NCBI GenBank assembly: GCA_028867615.1
Contig: JAGWGC010000001.1
Span: 3,188-66,346 of the forward strand
Source of the DNA: Nitrososphaerota archaeon
GTDB lineage: Archaea > Thermoproteota > Nitrososphaeria > Nitrososphaerales > Nitrosopumilaceae
DNA: 63,159 nucleotides
Direction of reading: 5' to 3'
Part shown: positions 60,796 to 63,159 of the stretch, one piece after another
How positions within the stretch are numbered: position 1 is the stretch's first letter
Layout: the number at the start of each line of letters is the position of its first letter
The notes under the pieces: generated by a model
What the model was told of the DNA's origin: nothing
What the model saw: the letters and a program-made list of their open reading frames with translations, nothing else
The model's database searches: none
Position numbers and translations under genes: made by a program

Positions 60796-60861
60796 ACGAT
60801 TATCAACACTGATAATCGTTTATGTGCATCATGATAAACTATAATTATCAGCTGAGATAAT
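60796..60861. promoter_or_regulatory. Two palindromic motif copies between divergent cupredoxin and flavin-binding genes
   Basis: Perfect ACGATTATCA-acac-TGATAATCGT (60796-60819) and ATTATCA-gctg-AGATAAT (60844-60861). Confidence 0.75.
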
Positions 60862-60902
60862 CATGTTTTGTCTTTAATTAAAAGATTATAGGAGATGAAT
60901 AC

Positions 60903-61382
60903 ATGGTTATAATTCCAAAAGAAGTTCAAGGTATGATGTCTAGACAAAAATTTGTCGTAGTGGGATCTATTGATTTGAATGGCATGTGTAACCTATCTCC
61001 AAGAACCTCGTTTTACTTTTTAGAAGATGTGATCTACTGGCTTGATTTTTTCAAGCATAAATCTCACTATAATTTCAAAAATGTTCCATGGGTAAGTGTT
61101 GCAGTATTTGACAAGGAGGATCTAAAGGGATATCAGATGAAAGGCAAGGTTAGCTTTGTGACAAACAAACAAGAGAAATCAAGAATTACTGATATCATAT
61201 GCCGTTCCGCAACAGGTAAGACTAGTGCAAAAATATTTGAAAGAATGGCTCATGCGGAACAACCAGAACTAATAATGTTCAAACCGCATGCGGTATATTC
61301 GTTAAATCCTGCAGAGGATTCTGGTACTGCAATCATGATTGATAGTGATTCAGAAACAGTATCTCTATTGGGTGTAAAATAA
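60903..61382 (+). CDS. Pyridoxamine 5'-phosphate oxidase-like FMN/F420-binding split-barrel protein
   Basis: G.CNLSPR...KS..N...P.VSVAV...GYQMKG. Confidence 0.85.
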   Translation: MVIIPKEVQGMMSRQKFVVVGSIDLNGMCNLSPRTSFYFLEDVIYWLDFFKHKSHYNFKNVPWVSVAVFDKEDLKGYQMKGKVSFVTNKQEKSRITDIICRSATGKTSAKIFERMAHAEQPELIMFKPHAVYSLNPAEDSGTAIMIDSDSETVSLLGVK

Positions 61383-61515
61383 TTGCAATTGATGACTAAC
61401 AATAGTGAGTACATCTTCTATTTCTGACACTTCATGCCAAAAAGTAGGATAAGACTTGGGTGTAGAGAAAAAATCGGACTCGGGACTGGTTTTTTATTCG
61501 ACAATCATGCGTAGG

Positions 61516-61953
61516 TTAAATTTTTTGCATCCTTGCTATTATCTCTGTACAAATTCGGCTCATCTCTGAATCAGAGCCAAGACTACATATCCTTGTCAAA
61601 TCTGTTGCTGTTACAATTCCAACTAGCTTGCCATTATCTACTACAGGCACCTTGTGGATTTGTTTTTGTTTCATCAGCTCGGCAAGTTCCCATAGGCTTT
61701 CTTCAGGATCTATCATGACCAATGGTGTTGACATTATGTCTTTGACAGAAGTAGATAGCGGTTTTTGAAGAGCAATGATTTTACGAACGAGATCCCTTTC
61801 TGTTAGTATTCCAACTGCGGTATTATTCTCAGTTATGATAACACACCCAATGTTTGCATCTTTCATCATCTTTGCTGCGTCCGAGACAGTTGATGAAGAG
61901 TTGATTGAAACTACATTGAATTTCATCACATTTCTAACAAAACTTTCTACCAT
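61516..61953 (-). CDS. CBS domain protein (2 CBS)
   Basis: GILTERDL, IMSTPL and GIVTATDL motifs; alternative start 61962. Confidence 0.93.
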   Translation of the reverse strand: MVESFVRNVMKFNVVSINSSSTVSDAAKMMKDANIGCVIITENNTAVGILTERDLVRKIIALQKPLSTSVKDIMSTPLVMIDPEESLWELAELMKQKQIHKVPVVDNGKLVGIVTATDLTRICSLGSDSEMSRICTEIIARMQKI

Positions 61954-61991
61954 GCGATGCATGGCATTCGTGGATTTAAAAAATCTAAATC

Positions 61992-62013
61992 TGATTATCA
62001 GAGATGAGAATCA
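61992..62013. promoter_or_regulatory. Palindromic motif copy centred between two divergent promoters
   Basis: TGATTATCA-gaga-TGAGAATCA with TATA-like boxes about 12 nt away on both sides. Confidence 0.72.
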
Positions 62014-62052
62014 TATATTCTTCTTAAATTCATTTTACAACATATTTGTGAC

Positions 62053-62391
62053 ATGTCACAAGAAATTGAATCAATGTACGATTACGTACTAGAAAACATT
62101 TCATCAAAATTGCAGAAAATAGATCCAGGGCTTGCCATGCGAGTAATGGAGTATGAAAGAAAATTCAATGATGTAGCGCCTGCTGTAAACTTACATGTTC
62201 ATTACAAGGCAGGAACAGACAGCGAAAAAAAATTGGACCAATTAAGGTCAAGATATGGATACTGCATGGCAAAAGAGGGAAAATCCAGTCTTCTTGCACA
62301 GGGGAACATGAGCCTAAAGACGATAGAAGCAATATCAAACGACCCTGAGGTTGAAACGGTAACAGGCTCTGCTTCAATAGCATCATACTAG
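62053..62391 (+). CDS. Hypothetical protein
   Basis: ATG start about 30 nt after TTAAATT; plausible composition. Confidence 0.7.
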   Translation: MSQEIESMYDYVLENISSKLQKIDPGLAMRVMEYERKFNDVAPAVNLHVHYKAGTDSEKKLDQLRSRYGYCMAKEGKSSLLAQGNMSLKTIEAISNDPEVETVTGSASIASY

Positions 62392-62621
62392 TACAATATG
62401 CATCTGGGGAATTAGGATCTACCTACTCCTAAATCTAGTCATTGAATTTATTTAATTTAATCATGGCCAAACTTGCCAACTCCTTTTGTGTTGAAAGTGT
62501 CTTGATGAAGAACTGTATCACAGATAGGGAGCGGGAGTGAAAAACCCATGGGATTGCTTCCATCGTGCTTTTATGCTCCTGTCACAATTCTCTATTGCTA
62601 ATACTGTTGTATTGGTAATTT

Positions 62622-62639
62622 GAAATCAATTTTGATAAT
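62622..62639. promoter_or_regulatory. Palindromic motif copy (GAAATCA-attt-TGATAAT) upstream of USP
   Basis: TTAATATG starts at 62650. Confidence 0.6.
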
Positions 62640-62680
62640 TGGGTATTTGTTAATATGTGCCAACATATGTAGTGATTTCC

Positions 62681-63106
62681 ATGAAACAAAAAATTAACAA
62701 GATTCTAGTCGCGCTTGATGGCTCTGAGAGGTCATTTAAGGGACTAAGGGAAGCAATTTATCTGGCAAGACAATGCGGAGCAACAATCACTGGATTGTGT
62801 GTCACACCTTTTTACACCGTCAACCTTGGACCATTACTTACATCTTTGAAGAATCAAACTCTGAAAGAAGCCAAGCAATTCATGGCTGATGCGAAGAAAC
62901 TTTGTGCACAAAATGGAATAGTGTTCCATGAAAAAATAATATTTGGAACAGAATCATGGCAGATTACTGAATATGCAACTTACAAAAAGTTTGATTTGAT
63001 CGTGATTGCTTCCCGAGGGCGTGGACCCATGAAAAGTACTTTCCTTGGAAGTGTGGCAAATGATGTCGTTCATAAATCGAAAATACCTGTATTGGTAGTC
63101 AAGTAG
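62681..63106 (+). CDS. Universal stress protein
   Basis: ILVALDGSERS; ASRGRG...LGSVA...PVLVVK; close paralogue of 675..1106. Confidence 0.95.
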   Translation: MKQKINKILVALDGSERSFKGLREAIYLARQCGATITGLCVTPFYTVNLGPLLTSLKNQTLKEAKQFMADAKKLCAQNGIVFHEKIIFGTESWQITEYATYKKFDLIVIASRGRGPMKSTFLGSVANDVVHKSKIPVLVVK

Positions 63107-63159
63107 TTTGAATTAATGTACCAACTTTTCAATATTGGTATCACTGATACCGGTGGATA

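Noticed and set aside
60796-60819. Identifying the palindrome as a Fur box, FNR/CRP site or TrmB-type TGM
   Set aside because: Half-site orientation is reversed relative to Fur (TGATAAT-N-ATTATCA) and FNR (TTGAT-N4-ATCAA), and spacing differs from TGM (TATCAC-N5-GTGATA).
63137-63151. Palindrome GGTATCA-c-TGATACC at the window end
   Set aside because: Spacing differs from the main motif and downstream context is cut off, so it cannot be interpreted.
38774-63159. Integrated mobile element or provirus at tRNA-Ser
   Set aside because: No integrase, transposase, viral structural gene or duplicated tRNA 3' end found within the window.

Overview
Archaeal chromosome segment from an ammonia-oxidising thaumarchaeon (Nitrososphaeria, most like Nitrosotalea; taxonomy inferred from gene content). 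Core genes (tsr3, RNase P RNA, cofD/cofC, SUI1/aIF1, Sec61beta, peptide ABC transporter, JAMM protease, FEN1, intron-containing tRNA-Ser(CGA)) alternate with accessory blocks at about 1-1.6 kb, 25.6-36.7 kb and 38.9-63.1 kb. These blocks are rich in universal stress proteins, CBS proteins, Hsp20, flavin-binding enzymes and cupredoxins, and also carry an extra TFB, a two-component system, PPK2 and a 2.4k-aa LamG surface protein. Main finding: a palindromic motif ATTATCA-N4-TGATAAT recurs about 13 times in intergenic DNA, each time about 11-13 nt upstream of a TATA-like box. The genes it precedes encode USPs, CBS proteins, Hsp20, an FMN/F420-binding protein and a CBS+HPF/RaiA-like ribosome hibernation factor. 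This suggests an activator-controlled dormancy/stress regulon resembling the mycobacterial DosR regulon in gene content. Also notable: a Pga/Ica-like exopolysaccharide locus with one intact and one catalytically degenerate deacetylase, a C-terminal domain shared by two giant secreted proteins, a solo Cas4-like nuclease, an Hsp20 pseudogene and several small genes missing from the ORF track. All calls were made by eye; no searches were run.
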